Assembly: GCA_963823655.1 (NCBI GenBank)
Contig: CAWGMK010000013.1
Span: forward strand, 32,001-96,000
Length of the DNA: 64,000 nt
Direction of reading: 5' to 3'
From: an uncultured Bacillota bacterium
GTDB taxonomy: Bacteria; Bacillota; DTU025; MWDF01
Of the stretch, positions 22,929 through 33,801 are shown one piece after another. Position 1 is the first letter of the stretch. Each line of letters begins with the position of its first letter. The position numbers were made by a program, and so were the translations under genes. Under the pieces are notes generated by a model, which saw only the letters and a program-made list of their open reading frames with translations, made no database searches and was not told where the DNA came from.

Positions 22929-23693
22929 TTGCGCAGAAGGATAATCGCGGGCAACTGGAAGATGAACAAGGGCGTTGCCGCATCGATACAGCTCGCCGAG
23001 GACGTCGCCAAAAGGTGCGCAGTTCACTGCGCTTCCCTGGACCTGGTTATATGCCCCACTTTCCTGGCCCTTGCCGGGGTCGCCGAGGCTGTAAAAGGGA
23101 CGGGCCTTGGAGTAGGATCCCAGGATTGTTACCATACAGCACAGGGCGCGTTCACAGGTGAAGTGAACCCGGAACTTATCAAGGAAGCCGGTGCAGGATA
23201 CTGCATAATAGGCCATTCGGAGAGGCGCACGCTTATGGGCGAGACGGACAAGGCAGTCAACCTCAAGGCGAAGGCTCTGCTGAAGGCGGGCGTATTGCCC
23301 ATAATCTGCGTCGGGGAGACTCTTGAGGAGAAGCAGGCCGGGGATACTATAAACGTGGTATCGGGGCAAGTGATGAGGGCATTCGCCGGCATCGGGTCGC
23401 AAGACGCAGTTCGCGCCGTCATCGCCTACGAGCCGGTATGGGCGATCGGAACGGGATTGAACGCCACGGCAGCCGACGCGCAGACAGTGTGCAAATCTAT
23501 CAGGGATGCCGTGCAGTATCTGTACGGTGGGGATGTTTCCGACGCCATAAGGATCCAATACGGCGGATCGGTCAAATCGGACAATATGGAAGGCTTCATG
23601 GCCATGCCCGACATCGATGGAGCTCTTGTCGGCGGGGCAAGCCTTAAATCGGATGAGTTCGAAAAGATAGCGGCGGCAGCGGCCACCGCTTAA
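22929..23693 (+). CDS. tpiA: Triosephosphate isomerase
   Basis: 'AGNWKMN', 'GHSERR', 'AYEPVWAIGTG', 'YGGSV', 'LVGGASL'; TTG start after GGAGG. Confidence 0.96.
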   Translation: MRRRIIAGNWKMNKGVAASIQLAEDVAKRCAVHCASLDLVICPTFLALAGVAEAVKGTGLGVGSQDCYHTAQGAFTGEVNPELIKEAGAGYCIIGHSERRTLMGETDKAVNLKAKALLKAGVLPIICVGETLEEKQAGDTINVVSGQVMRAFAGIGSQDAVRAVIAYEPVWAIGTGLNATAADAQTVCKSIRDAVQYLYGGDVSDAIRIQYGGSVKSDNMEGFMAMPDIDGALVGGASLKSDEFEKIAAAAATA

Positions 23694-23701
23694 AGCATTA
23701 A

Positions 23702-25042
<1,341 letters not shown>

Positions 25043-25048
25043 CGATAA

Positions 25049-25960
25049 ATGGATCTTGAGGCGAAATGCAAGGTAATAGAAGAGGAGAGTGCGCTGGCAA
25101 GGCCGAAGGCCGGGCCGGCGCCGCTTTCTGCTATGCCTATGGCAAGGACACGCTACAGGATGCTAGTCTCCGACCTGGACAACACTCTGCTTGATGAGGA
25201 CAAAAGGCCGTGTGAACAGGACCTTGCGGCGATCAGAAGGCTAGTAGAGGCCGGCTTCATATTCACTTTCGCTACTGGCAGGGGACCCGGATCAACATCC
25301 AGGATTTACAGGGAGCTTGGCGCGAACGCGCCTGCGATAATTTTCAACGGCGCCAGGATAGTAGACTTCGCAAACGGAGGCAGAAAGATATTCAGCAGCG
25401 TTATGAGCAGGGGTCCTGCGGTGAAGGCCATCGAGTTCGCCAAGGCCCTAGCAACGACGGTAATGGCGTTCGAAGGTGAGAACTGCCTGGCTTCTACCAG
25501 GAATGAATGGGTGGACTTCTATGAGAAGGCCACATCTTCTGTCAGCCTGCAAGTCGGCGACCTGGCCCATTACGTCTCGCAGATGCCTGAGGGCATAGAG
25601 CTTACTAAGCTTGTGTTTTTCTCTGAGCCCGAAAGAAGAGATGAGATTGTCTCGAAGCTGAAAACCGAGTTCCCCGAGTTCAATTGCGTGGGGACGACGC
25701 CGAATTACTCTGAAGTACTTCCCCCCGGGATTTCCAAGGGCTTTGCACTGGGCAAGCTGGCTAAATACGTGGGGATAGACATGGAATCTATAGTAGCGGT
25801 CGGTGACGCTCCCAATGACATTGAGATGATCAGGGCGGCGGGGTTGGGTGCAGCCGTGGAGAATGCAGACGACTGCGTTAAAGCAGAGGCAGATATTATC
25901 GTAAGGACAGTAGGAACAGGCGGCATAGCCGAGTTGATTTCGATAGCTTTCGGCCTATAA
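25049..25960 (+). CDS. Cof-type HAD-IIB hydrolase
   Basis: 'SDLDNTLL', 'ATGR', 'NGA', 'SKGFAL', 'VGDAPNDIEMI'. Confidence 0.85.
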   Translation: MDLEAKCKVIEEESALARPKAGPAPLSAMPMARTRYRMLVSDLDNTLLDEDKRPCEQDLAAIRRLVEAGFIFTFATGRGPGSTSRIYRELGANAPAIIFNGARIVDFANGGRKIFSSVMSRGPAVKAIEFAKALATTVMAFEGENCLASTRNEWVDFYEKATSSVSLQVGDLAHYVSQMPEGIELTKLVFFSEPERRDEIVSKLKTEFPEFNCVGTTPNYSEVLPPGISKGFALGKLAKYVGIDMESIVAVGDAPNDIEMIRAAGLGAAVENADDCVKAEADIIVRTVGTGGIAELISIAFGL

Positions 25961-25963
25961 AGC

Positions 25964-25992
25964 TTGCAAAGGGACCATGCAATTGTTAAAAT
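25964..25992 (+). promoter_or_regulatory. Putative SigA promoter of secG
   Basis: TTGCAA, 17-nt spacer, TAAAAT with an extended -10 TG. Confidence 0.55.
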
Positions 25993-26026
25993 GAAGTTCG
26001 TATAAATCAGTTAGGGGGTCATCCCG

Positions 26027-26257
26027 GTGGAAATACTGAAGATCGTTCTTGTGGTAATACAGTTCGTACTGGCCCTGGGGCTAATTGCAATAGTGATTCT
26101 GCAGCCGGCAAAGGGCGAGGGGCTTGGATCTATAGGCGGAGGCTCGAAGCTGTTCTTCGGAAAGAAGAAGGGTTATGAAGCGGTTCTGGAGAAGGCGACT
26201 ACTTGGGTGGCGGTAGGTTTCATGATAACGTCATTCCTGTTCATCTTCACTAAGTAA
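26027..26257 (+). CDS. secG: Preprotein translocase subunit SecG
   Basis: 76 aa with two TM helices and 'ILQPAKGEGLGSIGGG...FGKKKG.E..L'; canonical position after eno. Confidence 0.93.
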   Translation: MEILKIVLVVIQFVLALGLIAIVILQPAKGEGLGSIGGGSKLFFGKKKGYEAVLEKATTWVAVGFMITSFLFIFTK

Positions 26258-26284
26258 AAGGGCCGGCATCGAGCAATCAATTTC

Positions 26285-26311
26285 GCCTCGCAGTTCTTTG
26301 CGAGGCTTTTT
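26285..26311 (+). terminator. Rho-independent terminator after secG
   Basis: GCCTCGCA/TGCGAGGC stem followed by TTTTT. Confidence 0.8.
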
Positions 26312-26339
26312 CGTCTAATCTAGGGAGGAATTCCTGCAA

Positions 26340-26894
26340 ATGCTGGATCGAGATTATGCTCTGAAGCTTATAAAAAGCAAGGTGGCCAACAAGAACCTAA
26401 TCAACCATATGCTCGCAGCCGAATTCATAATGAGATCGCTTGCGGAAAGGTTCGGGCAGGACGCGGACTCCTGGGGAATGGCAGGCCTGCTGCACGACAT
26501 CGATTACGATACGACGGCGACCGACATGGGTTTGCACAGCAAGATTGGTTCCGAAATGCTCAGAGCGGAAGGCTTTGCAGAGGACATATGCCATGCAGTT
26601 TATGCCCATAACGGTGCCCACGGGGAGCCCAGGGTCAGTGAAATGGACAAAGCATTGTATGCAGTCGACCCCCTGACAGGGCTTATTGTAGCCGCAGCCC
26701 TAGTGATGCCCGGCAAGAGACTGGCTTCAGTCAGTGCCGAGAAGGTTCTCAACAGATTCAAAGAGAAGGCATTTGCCAAGGGTGCGAACAGGGAACAGAT
26801 CAAAGCATGCTCGGATCTTGGAATGAGTCTTGAAGAATTCATTGGCGAAGGGTTGTTGGCGATGCAGCTCAGGGCCCACGAGATAGGCCTTTGA
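26340..26894 (+). CDS. HD/HDIG-domain metal-dependent phosphohydrolase
   Basis: 'NLINHMLAAE..MR.LA', 'GLLHDID', 'H', 'AH', 'D.LTGLI.AAALV.P', 'KAFAKGANRE.I'. Confidence 0.85.
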   Translation: MLDRDYALKLIKSKVANKNLINHMLAAEFIMRSLAERFGQDADSWGMAGLLHDIDYDTTATDMGLHSKIGSEMLRAEGFAEDICHAVYAHNGAHGEPRVSEMDKALYAVDPLTGLIVAAALVMPGKRLASVSAEKVLNRFKEKAFAKGANREQIKACSDLGMSLEEFIGEGLLAMQLRAHEIGL

Positions 26895-26909
26895 TAGGAG
26901 AGTATTCAC

Positions 26910-27395
26910 ATGTCTCAGCCGGAAGCAGCGGTTAAGGTGTTGGCAACCAACAGGAAGGCGCATAGGAACTACATGATACTTGAGTCCTATGAGGCTGGCG
27001 TTGCCCTTACCGGAACCGAGATACAAAGCGCAAGAAGAGGCAGGGTGAATATTAACGACGCCTGGGTGGAGATCAAGGCCGGCGAGGCTTACCTGATGGA
27101 TTCCCATATATCGGAGTGGGAATTCGGTAACATCTTCAACCACGAACCAAGAAGGGTTAGAAAGCTTCTGCTTCATAAGGCCGAAATCAGGCGGCTTGAC
27201 CAGAAAGTCAGGGAGAGGGGCTTTACAATAACCGCTCTTAGCATGTATCTTTCCAAAGGCAAGGCCAAGGTGGAAATCGGGCTTGGAAAAGGCAAAACGG
27301 GTCTTGACAAGCGCGAGGACATTAAAGAACGCGATATTAAAAGGTCAGTGGATGTTGCGAAGAAATCAGGCCGAGGCGGAGATTCAGACTGGTAG
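26910..27395 (+). CDS. smpB: SsrA-binding protein
   Basis: 'NRKAHRNY....YEAG..LTGTEI.S.R', 'NHEPRR.RKLLLHK.EI', 'GKGK...DKRE.IKERD'. Confidence 0.97.
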   Translation: MSQPEAAVKVLATNRKAHRNYMILESYEAGVALTGTEIQSARRGRVNINDAWVEIKAGEAYLMDSHISEWEFGNIFNHEPRRVRKLLLHKAEIRRLDQKVRERGFTITALSMYLSKGKAKVEIGLGKGKTGLDKREDIKERDIKRSVDVAKKSGRGGDSDW

Positions 27396-27416
27396 ATTCG
27401 TTAATATATTAGATTT

Positions 27417-27765
27417 GGGGGCGATACGGTTTCGACGGGGAGCGCTGTAACAATCTAAGCGAGCCGAGTTGTCCGAATACTCGTTAAACAAGCGGAAAAA
27501 CAACAAACGACAACAACTACGCTTACGCTGCTTAACTAAAGCGGCCGTCTGAAGCGGTCCCATCCCGGAGGGCTGCAAGGGCGTCAAATAAACCGGGGAT
27601 GCTCTGACGGCAATTCTCGGAGCCGTTGGAAAAGATTATCGAGATAGCAAGGGGGAAGCCGGCCGAAGGGCGTCTTCCAAGCGAAAATTAAACCTGCGGC
27701 TACGCTCGTAGAAGGGGCTGAAACGGCCTTTTCGGACCCGGGTTCGACTCCCGGCGCCTCCACCA
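27417..27765 (+). ncRNA. ssrA: Transfer-messenger RNA
   Basis: 5' GGGGGCG pairs with 3' CGCCTCC-ACCA (G3-U wobble); 'TTCGAC' near the 5' end; T-arm 'CCGGGTTCGACTCCCGG'; tag frame ending GAC AAC AAC TAC GCT TAC GCT GCT TAA (DNNYAYAA-stop, 27509-27535); directly follows smpB. Confidence 0.96.
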
Positions 27766-27773
27766 AAAATATC

Positions 27774-27816
27774 ACCACCTATTGATTAAGTGTTTATCGG
27801 TAGGTGGTTTTATTTT
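27774..27816 (+). terminator. Terminator after ssrA
   Basis: ACCACCTA/TAGGTGGT stem followed by a T-rich tail. Confidence 0.7.
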
Positions 27817-28475
27817 AATCGAATACCTTGAGCAGATAAGCTTTCTGCGAATTCACCTTTACTCCATGCTGGCGGGCTCGTTGACGGCAATGACTCTGGG
27901 AACTATTGGAATGTTCAAAGTCGCATGTTTTCAAGCGGTAATCGCTGCTCCAATAGTTTGACTTTGAACTCAGAAGTGCGTTATTCTAAATAAAATTTAA
28001 ACAATAATAGAAATGTAGTGTAAGTGACCTATTCACAGGGAAATACGAGACTATGAAAACCTATTTGATGCGGAAATCCAATTGCCTAACACATTGAAGT
28101 TGTTGCGTACAATCCATCTAATGAAGACCGGAAGGATAGTATGCCGGCAATTGTGTGCCAGTTGCAAGGAATTCACATTTGCTGTTCACCTGCCCATAAT
28201 TAGAAATGAGTGCGGATTTGGCTGTGGGCAGGAGCAGAAGAAATTACATAAGCGGCGGCAAGGAATTGATTACAGATTAATCGACAAGAGCAGATAGTAC
28301 AATAGGAGCTTTAATGCTTGGCTATAATTGTATTGGCCAAAGTAGGGTAATTCTGGTATGAAGCAAATATATAAAATGTGGTTCTTGGGCTTGAGGGATC
28401 CGGCTTTTAAAAAGTTGGTGCCGGAACAACCCGATACTGCAACGCCGGTAGACTCGCTAGTAAGGGGGGCATTAT

Positions 28476-31400
28476 ATGGAGTCGACTGTTTTAAGCGCGT
28501 TATTTAATAATGCCTCACTGTTGCTGGTTCTGACCGTCATTTACGAAGTAACCTATTTTGTGCCATTGAAGTATCGCCGAATGCAGCCAGTGTTCAATGG
28601 GCTCCTGATTGCAGCTATTTGTGCTGCCATTATGAGCATGCCCTTTACGCTGCAGCCAGGTGTGATATACGACACACGGTCGATTTTAATCTGCGTGACA
28701 GCCCTGATATTTGGCGCGATTCCGACGATGATCACCGTTGCTGCAGCCTCAATGATCAGGCTGATTATAGGAGGAACCGGCACATTGCCCGGGCTTGCGG
28801 TCATCATGACTAGCGCGTTAATCGGCCTGGCCTGGCGGCGATGGCTGCATCCGAAATCTACGAAATGGCGATGGTTAAGCGCCTATGCCATGAGTGTCAG
28901 TGTCCATATCACAATGCTTGCTTGCATGCTTCTGCTCCCGTATCCGGACAACCTGAACGTCATTCGTAAAATAGCCTTGCCAATAATGGTTATCTATCCA
29001 ATCGCATCCGTCTTGCTAAGCCTTTTATTAATACGCCAACAGGACATTAGGAACACGCAGGAAAAATTGAAGCAATCCGAAGAGAAGTACAGAAGAATTG
29101 CAGAGAACATATCTGACGTAGTATGGGCAACGGATATGAACCTCAGGACAACGTATCTTAGCCCTTCAATTGAGCATTTAGTGGGGGAAAGCATACAAGC
29201 TCACCTGCTTCGAACCCTGGATGAGAAGTTGCCCCCAGAATCAATTCTTAAGATCCGAGCCCTTTTCGCTGAAGAGATGGAAAAGGAAAAGGACCCTAAT
29301 TGCGATAAGAACAGGACTTTTGCTATTGAACTGGAGCAGTATCGAGCTGATGGGACAACAATTTGGATTTCCATGAATATCTCGATCCTGCGTGATGAAA
29401 AAGGAAAGCCGGTTGGTTTCCAGGGCGTGTCACGTGACATTACGAAACTAAGAAAAGCAGAAGAAGAATTGCGTACGAGCGAAGAAAAACACCGGCGTCT
29501 GTTTGAGACTATGGCAGAAGGCGTCGTATATCAAGCGGCAAATGGATCAATCATCTCGGCGAATCCAGCGGCAGAACGGATTCTGGGCATAACCTTTGAT
29601 CAAATGCAGTGGAAAACCTCCATGGATACAAACTGGAAGGCAATAAGGGAAGATGGCTCTGAGTTGATGGGAAATGAGCATCCGGCCATGGTCTCTCTTC
29701 GCACCGGAGAGCCTTACGGCCCATTTATAATGGGCGTATTCCAGCCGCAGATAAACGAATACGTTTGGCTTTCTATCAACGCTATTCCTTTGTTCCAGCC
29801 CGGTGAAACCACGCCATTTCAAGTATATACGACTTTTCGTGAGATTACGGCAGAACGCATGGCAAATCGCAAGTATCAGCTACTATTCAGTGAGATGATT
29901 GACGCCTTTGCTCTGCACGAAATCATCTGCGACGATGAGGGAAAGCCGGTAGACTATAGGTTTCTTGCTGTTAACCCTTCTTTTGAACTCATGACCGGCC
30001 TAAAATCCGAGGACATTCTGGGCAAAACAGTCATGGAAGTCATGCCAGATACCGAGAAATACTGGATAGAGACTTACGGCAGGGTTGCATTGAAGGGAGA
30101 CCCCATAAAGTTCATCAATTACTCAGCTGCTTTAGAGAAGCACTATGAAGTTAGCGCATATCAACCTTCGCCGAACCAATTCGCGGTTACTTTTTCGGAT
30201 ATCACGGAGCAAATTCGGGATAGGGAAAAGGCAATGGAAAGCCTTTCAAGGCTGAGGAGTCTGCTTGACAACAGCCCCAGCCCAATTGTGATTATCGACG
30301 AGAACGGAAGATTCATTGAGGTATCTGCCGTAGCGGAAAAGATTTTCGGGTTCCCGAAAGAAGAAATCTATATGAAAGAGATCTCTCAGATAGCGCCGCC
30401 GGATATGCTAAAAAAGGCATCATACGCCTTGTCGAAGTCGCCTGCTGACAGCCAACTCCCTGAGAATATTGACGTATTTACTTTAGATGGAAACAGAAGG
30501 TACTTTGAAAGCCGGATCTTCCCGATACACGTTCCGAATAACAGCGCCCGTCTATTCGGATACATCGGAATCGATGTAACAGATCGGATAATGGCCGAAT
30601 ACGCTTTGAAAGAGAACGAGGAGAAGTACAGCAACTACATTGAGAACGCTCCCGACGGCATCTTCGTTGTAAACGGCGACGGACAATATGTCGAAGTGAA
30701 CAGCAGTGCCTCGGCAATAACCGGCTATAGCAGGGAAAAGCTCGTTACGATGTCCATCAGAGACATTACGGCTGACGAGTCGCTGGAATCAGCCTTGCGC
30801 GAATTCGAGGAATTGAAAAGAAAAGGCTACATGAATGCAGAGCTGAAGTTCATCCACAAAAACGGTTCAAAACGATGGTGGAGCGTAAACGCAGTTAAGC
30901 TATCGGAAAATCGATATCTTGGCTTCTCGAATGACATAACAGAGAAGAAGGACTCGGAAGCGAACCTTATCCACATAATTAATCACGACCTGCTTACCGG
31001 CTTGTACAACCGCAGGTTCTACGATGCCGAGCTTAAACGCATCGATACTCCCAGCCAATTGCCGTTATCGATAATCATCGGGGATATCAATGGCTTGAAA
31101 CTTATCAATGATTCCTTCGGACATTTAGAGGGGGATAGAATCATCATTGAAGCAGCGAAGCTCATCAACAGTTGTTGCCGGGAGGGCGATACACTCGCTA
31201 GAACCGGAGGGGACGAATTCAGCATTCTTTTGCCCAAAACCAGTGCTCAAACTGCAAAGGAGCTGTTAAAGGTCATTCAGGCCACCTGCGAACAATACAA
31301 CATGAATGCGCCAGATGAAGTTCATTTTGTCAACCTTTCCCTAGGTACTGATACAAAAGAAACGGCTGACACTGATTTCGTACAGGTCAGCAAAAGAGCG

Positions 31401-32018
31401 GAAGATAATATGAACCAACGCAAGCTCCTGGAGAAAAATAGCTCATACAGTGCAATTCTTTCCTCAATCAAAGCAACAATGCTCGAAAAGAGCCATGAGA
31501 CCGAAAGGCATGCAGAGAGAATCGGCCAACTATCAAAAAAAGTTGGCATTATGCTTAACCTGTCCCAAATAGAGCTTGATCAAATCGAATTACTAGCTAC
31601 GCTGCACGATATCGGAAAAGTTGGGGTATCTGAGCGAATTCTGAAGAAACCTGGCAAGCTGGACGAAAATGAATGGGTTGAGATGAGAAAACATCCGGAG
31701 ATCGGGTACAAAATCGCCATGTCCTCTCCTAATCTTGCGCCAATTGCAGATTATATACTTTGCCATCATGAACGGTGGGATGGGAGCGGCTATCCTCAGA
31801 ATCTCAAGGGCACTAGCATCCCGATGATCTCACGGATCATTGCAGTAGTTGATGCATACGATGCGATGACAGAAGAAAGGGCATACAGGAAAGCCATGAC
31901 ACATGAAGATGCAATTAAGGAAATAGAGAGAAGTGCCGGCTCACAATTCGATCCCCAAATCGTAAAGATATTCGTTAAAGCCATACGCGACGATGTAGGG
32001 CCAGGAAAAACCTTTTAG
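28476..32018 (+). CDS. Membrane sensor: 5TM-LytS-like domain, multiple PAS/PAC domains, GGDEF and HD-GYP
   Basis: N-terminal TMs with 'GVIYDTRSI'; repeated 'EEKYRR..EN..D'/'DIT' PAS linkers; 'HDLLTGLYNRR', 'GGDEF', 'LHDIGK', 'HHERWDGSGYP'. Confidence 0.9.
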   Translation: MESTVLSALFNNASLLLVLTVIYEVTYFVPLKYRRMQPVFNGLLIAAICAAIMSMPFTLQPGVIYDTRSILICVTALIFGAIPTMITVAAASMIRLIIGGTGTLPGLAVIMTSALIGLAWRRWLHPKSTKWRWLSAYAMSVSVHITMLACMLLLPYPDNLNVIRKIALPIMVIYPIASVLLSLLLIRQQDIRNTQEKLKQSEEKYRRIAENISDVVWATDMNLRTTYLSPSIEHLVGESIQAHLLRTLDEKLPPESILKIRALFAEEMEKEKDPNCDKNRTFAIELEQYRADGTTIWISMNISILRDEKGKPVGFQGVSRDITKLRKAEEELRTSEEKHRRLFETMAEGVVYQAANGSIISANPAAERILGITFDQMQWKTSMDTNWKAIREDGSELMGNEHPAMVSLRTGEPYGPFIMGVFQPQINEYVWLSINAIPLFQPGETTPFQVYTTFREITAERMANRKYQLLFSEMIDAFALHEIICDDEGKPVDYRFLAVNPSFELMTGLKSEDILGKTVMEVMPDTEKYWIETYGRVALKGDPIKFINYSAALEKHYEVSAYQPSPNQFAVTFSDITEQIRDREKAMESLSRLRSLLDNSPSPIVIIDENGRFIEVSAVAEKIFGFPKEEIYMKEISQIAPPDMLKKASYALSKSPADSQLPENIDVFTLDGNRRYFESRIFPIHVPNNSARLFGYIGIDVTDRIMAEYALKENEEKYSNYIENAPDGIFVVNGDGQYVEVNSSASAITGYSREKLVTMSIRDITADESLESALREFEELKRKGYMNAELKFIHKNGSKRWWSVNAVKLSENRYLGFSNDITEKKDSEANLIHIINHDLLTGLYNRRFYDAELKRIDTPSQLPLSIIIGDINGLKLINDSFGHLEGDRIIIEAAKLINSCCREGDTLARTGGDEFSILLPKTSAQTAKELLKVIQATCEQYNMNAPDEVHFVNLSLGTDTKETADTDFVQVSKRAEDNMNQRKLLEKNSSYSAILSSIKATMLEKSHETERHAERIGQLSKKVGIMLNLSQIELDQIELLATLHDIGKVGVSERILKKPGKLDENEWVEMRKHPEIGYKIAMSSPNLAPIADYILCHHERWDGSGYPQNLKGTSIPMISRIIAVVDAYDAMTEERAYRKAMTHEDAIKEIERSAGSQFDPQIVKIFVKAIRDDVGPGKTF

Positions 32019-32170
32019 CTGTCGCAAACACCAAAGACAAGCGAAGTCAAACCAAGTTATTCACCTCCACCGGCAAGAGGATAAGGAATGATTCGGCCTT
32101 GCGCATGCTTCGCCACAGTAGAAGAACAAGTCGTAACCAATTCTTATGGTTCAGTTGTAAAGCACTAGCA

Positions 32171-32340
32171 TTAAGGCGTAATAGCCTTAATCGGATCCCT
32201 TAGTTCAGCCTGCTTTGAGACGAACGCTATCTGCGCTTCGCTATACCTCTTTTTCCTCATCCGCTTACTACCCTTTCTGTAAATCATTCTCCTTTTGACT
32301 AACACCAAAGGTGGTATCGTTTTTCAGGGGGGGCAGATCG
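32171..32340 (-). mobile_element. IS3-family (IS407-group-like) remnant: left inverted repeat plus first ~25 codons of orfA
   Basis: The minus strand begins (C)GATCTGCCCCCCCTGAAAAACGATACCA, resembling TGA(C/T)CTGCCCC IS407-type ends. ATG at 32260 reads MRKKRYSEAQIAFVSKQAEL, like the IS3 OrfA start 'M.K.R(F/Y)SE.QI..L..AE'. No orfB follows. Confidence 0.7.
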
Positions 32341-32462
32341 AACCCGAAAGGGATCAAGCTTATAAGAAAGCATGTGGATTTCTAGCGAGATGGACTCCCT
32401 GTGATTTTGAGTCAGCTTCCTTGAAGTTTTTAATAGATGGGGGACATCTATAGAGCAATGGT

Positions 32463-32963
32463 TCATGATGGCAGAAGTATTTTCTTCCTTCGCGACTTCC
32501 TCAGGAACAAGACGTAAACTACTAATCCAGTAAGCAGCATGCTCAGCTCAATAGATGTAGCGATTATGGTCCCAGAGTCAAGCGTCATGCCAGTCATTGT
32601 GAAACCGATTTTGTTATATAGACCAAGGCCAACTCTATGCGTTTTATCAAAGAAAATAGGCAAATTATCCCATACAATAAAATCCAGAATCCAATGGCTA
32701 AAAACAACAAGTCCTATTACGAAACCGCTCTGTAACTTTCTGCAGAAAAACGAGGCACTCATGCCGGCGGAAATTGACCAGATGATTGCCATAAACAAAC
32801 TATGGGACCATGGATTATAATCGAGTTTATCAAGACCTAAAACCAGGAAAATGAAATAGATCAGATCGATTGCATAAGCGGCTATCAAAAGAACAATGAC
32901 AGGTATTTGAAGTGCGTATTTTTTTGCGGCAAAACCAATTGCTAGATGCCCAGTTGGCGACAT
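32463..32963 (-). CDS. Membrane protein, metal-dependent-hydrolase-like
   Basis: 'GHLAIG', 'IDL', 'PWSHSL', 'SHWILD' His/Asp pattern among TM helices. Confidence 0.6.
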   Translation of the reverse strand: MSPTGHLAIGFAAKKYALQIPVIVLLIAAYAIDLIYFIFLVLGLDKLDYNPWSHSLFMAIIWSISAGMSASFFCRKLQSGFVIGLVVFSHWILDFIVWDNLPIFFDKTHRVGLGLYNKIGFTMTGMTLDSGTIIATSIELSMLLTGLVVYVLFLRKSRRKKILLPS

Positions 32964-33030
32964 AATATTACCTCCCGAAGACTTCACGCAAGAACCAACA
33001 TATTGATATTGCATTCATTCATGATGCTTT

Positions 33031-33786
33031 TTAAGCATTTGTTACATTCCGCAATTTTAGGAGTCTAATGGCGAACAGAATCATCCAAGCTATAGTTAGA
33101 AGTCCGCCGAGTGTTGCAAGTGTCATTGCTAGATTTTCCGTGTCAGGAATAAATGTTGCCAAAACAAAATAGACAATGAATAGAGCAGATCCAGCTATCC
33201 CCAAATAGGCAGTGATCTTGCTGAAAACCCCACCGTTCAACATGACAATGGATATGAGGAGGCTGGCGATGGTTGGCAACAAGAATCCAAGGAAGACGCC
33301 GGGACTACCGTGAGCCCCTCTCGCGAGCATCGCTTCGCCGGCCGCAGCAAGGAGGTCTCTTTGAGCGGCTGTTGTAGCAAGCTCATATTTGCTGCTTAAA
33401 GACAGCATCGGCAAAGCTGTGTTATTTGTGATAAAAACGGCTGTACCGATGGAAAACACAATCATTACCAATGCAGAATATACTTTGTTCACTTGCCGAT
33501 GAGCGGCACATAGAGCAAAGAAAGCCGGAATCATGACAATCGCAGTCGTCATGTTCAGCAGATCAAGATAATAGAGCCCCAGCAACTGGTTGCTTTGAAA
33601 CTGAGCGAACCGGCCAACTGCGGTCTGTGGAATAGAAGTTGGGTCGCCGCCGAGCAATATGCTAATGGCAATGTCCAGCAGACTAGCACAAACGACAATA
33701 AGTGCAGTGACGCCTCCTAGCAAATAGATGCTCTTCCATTGCTTCGCGGTTCTTTCAACCTCATCAATCTGATTTTTTGTAGTCAT
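33031..33786 (-). CDS. Integral membrane protein, DUF4386-like
   Basis: About six TM helices; 'MLSLSSKY..A...QR..L.AAGEA.LA', 'FSK.TAYLGI'. Confidence 0.6.
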   Translation of the reverse strand: MTTKNQIDEVERTAKQWKSIYLLGGVTALIVVCASLLDIAISILLGGDPTSIPQTAVGRFAQFQSNQLLGLYYLDLLNMTTAIVMIPAFFALCAAHRQVNKVYSALVMIVFSIGTAVFITNNTALPMLSLSSKYELATTAAQRDLLAAAGEAMLARGAHGSPGVFLGFLLPTIASLLISIVMLNGGVFSKITAYLGIAGSALFIVYFVLATFIPDTENLAMTLATLGGLLTIAWMILFAIRLLKLRNVTNA

Positions 33787-33801
33787 TTGTTTCTGCCTCC
33801 T

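Noticed and set aside
28340-28475. Possible c-di-GMP-II riboswitch before the GGDEF/HD-GYP gene
   Set aside because: Only loose resemblance (TGGGC..TTGA, TGCAAC); the core GCAC/GTGC pairing is absent. Needs cmscan.
32331-32350. GGGTTCGATC on the - strand as a tRNA/ssrA att duplicate
   Set aside because: No cloverleaf or match to the ssrA 3' end; it coincides with the IS end junction.
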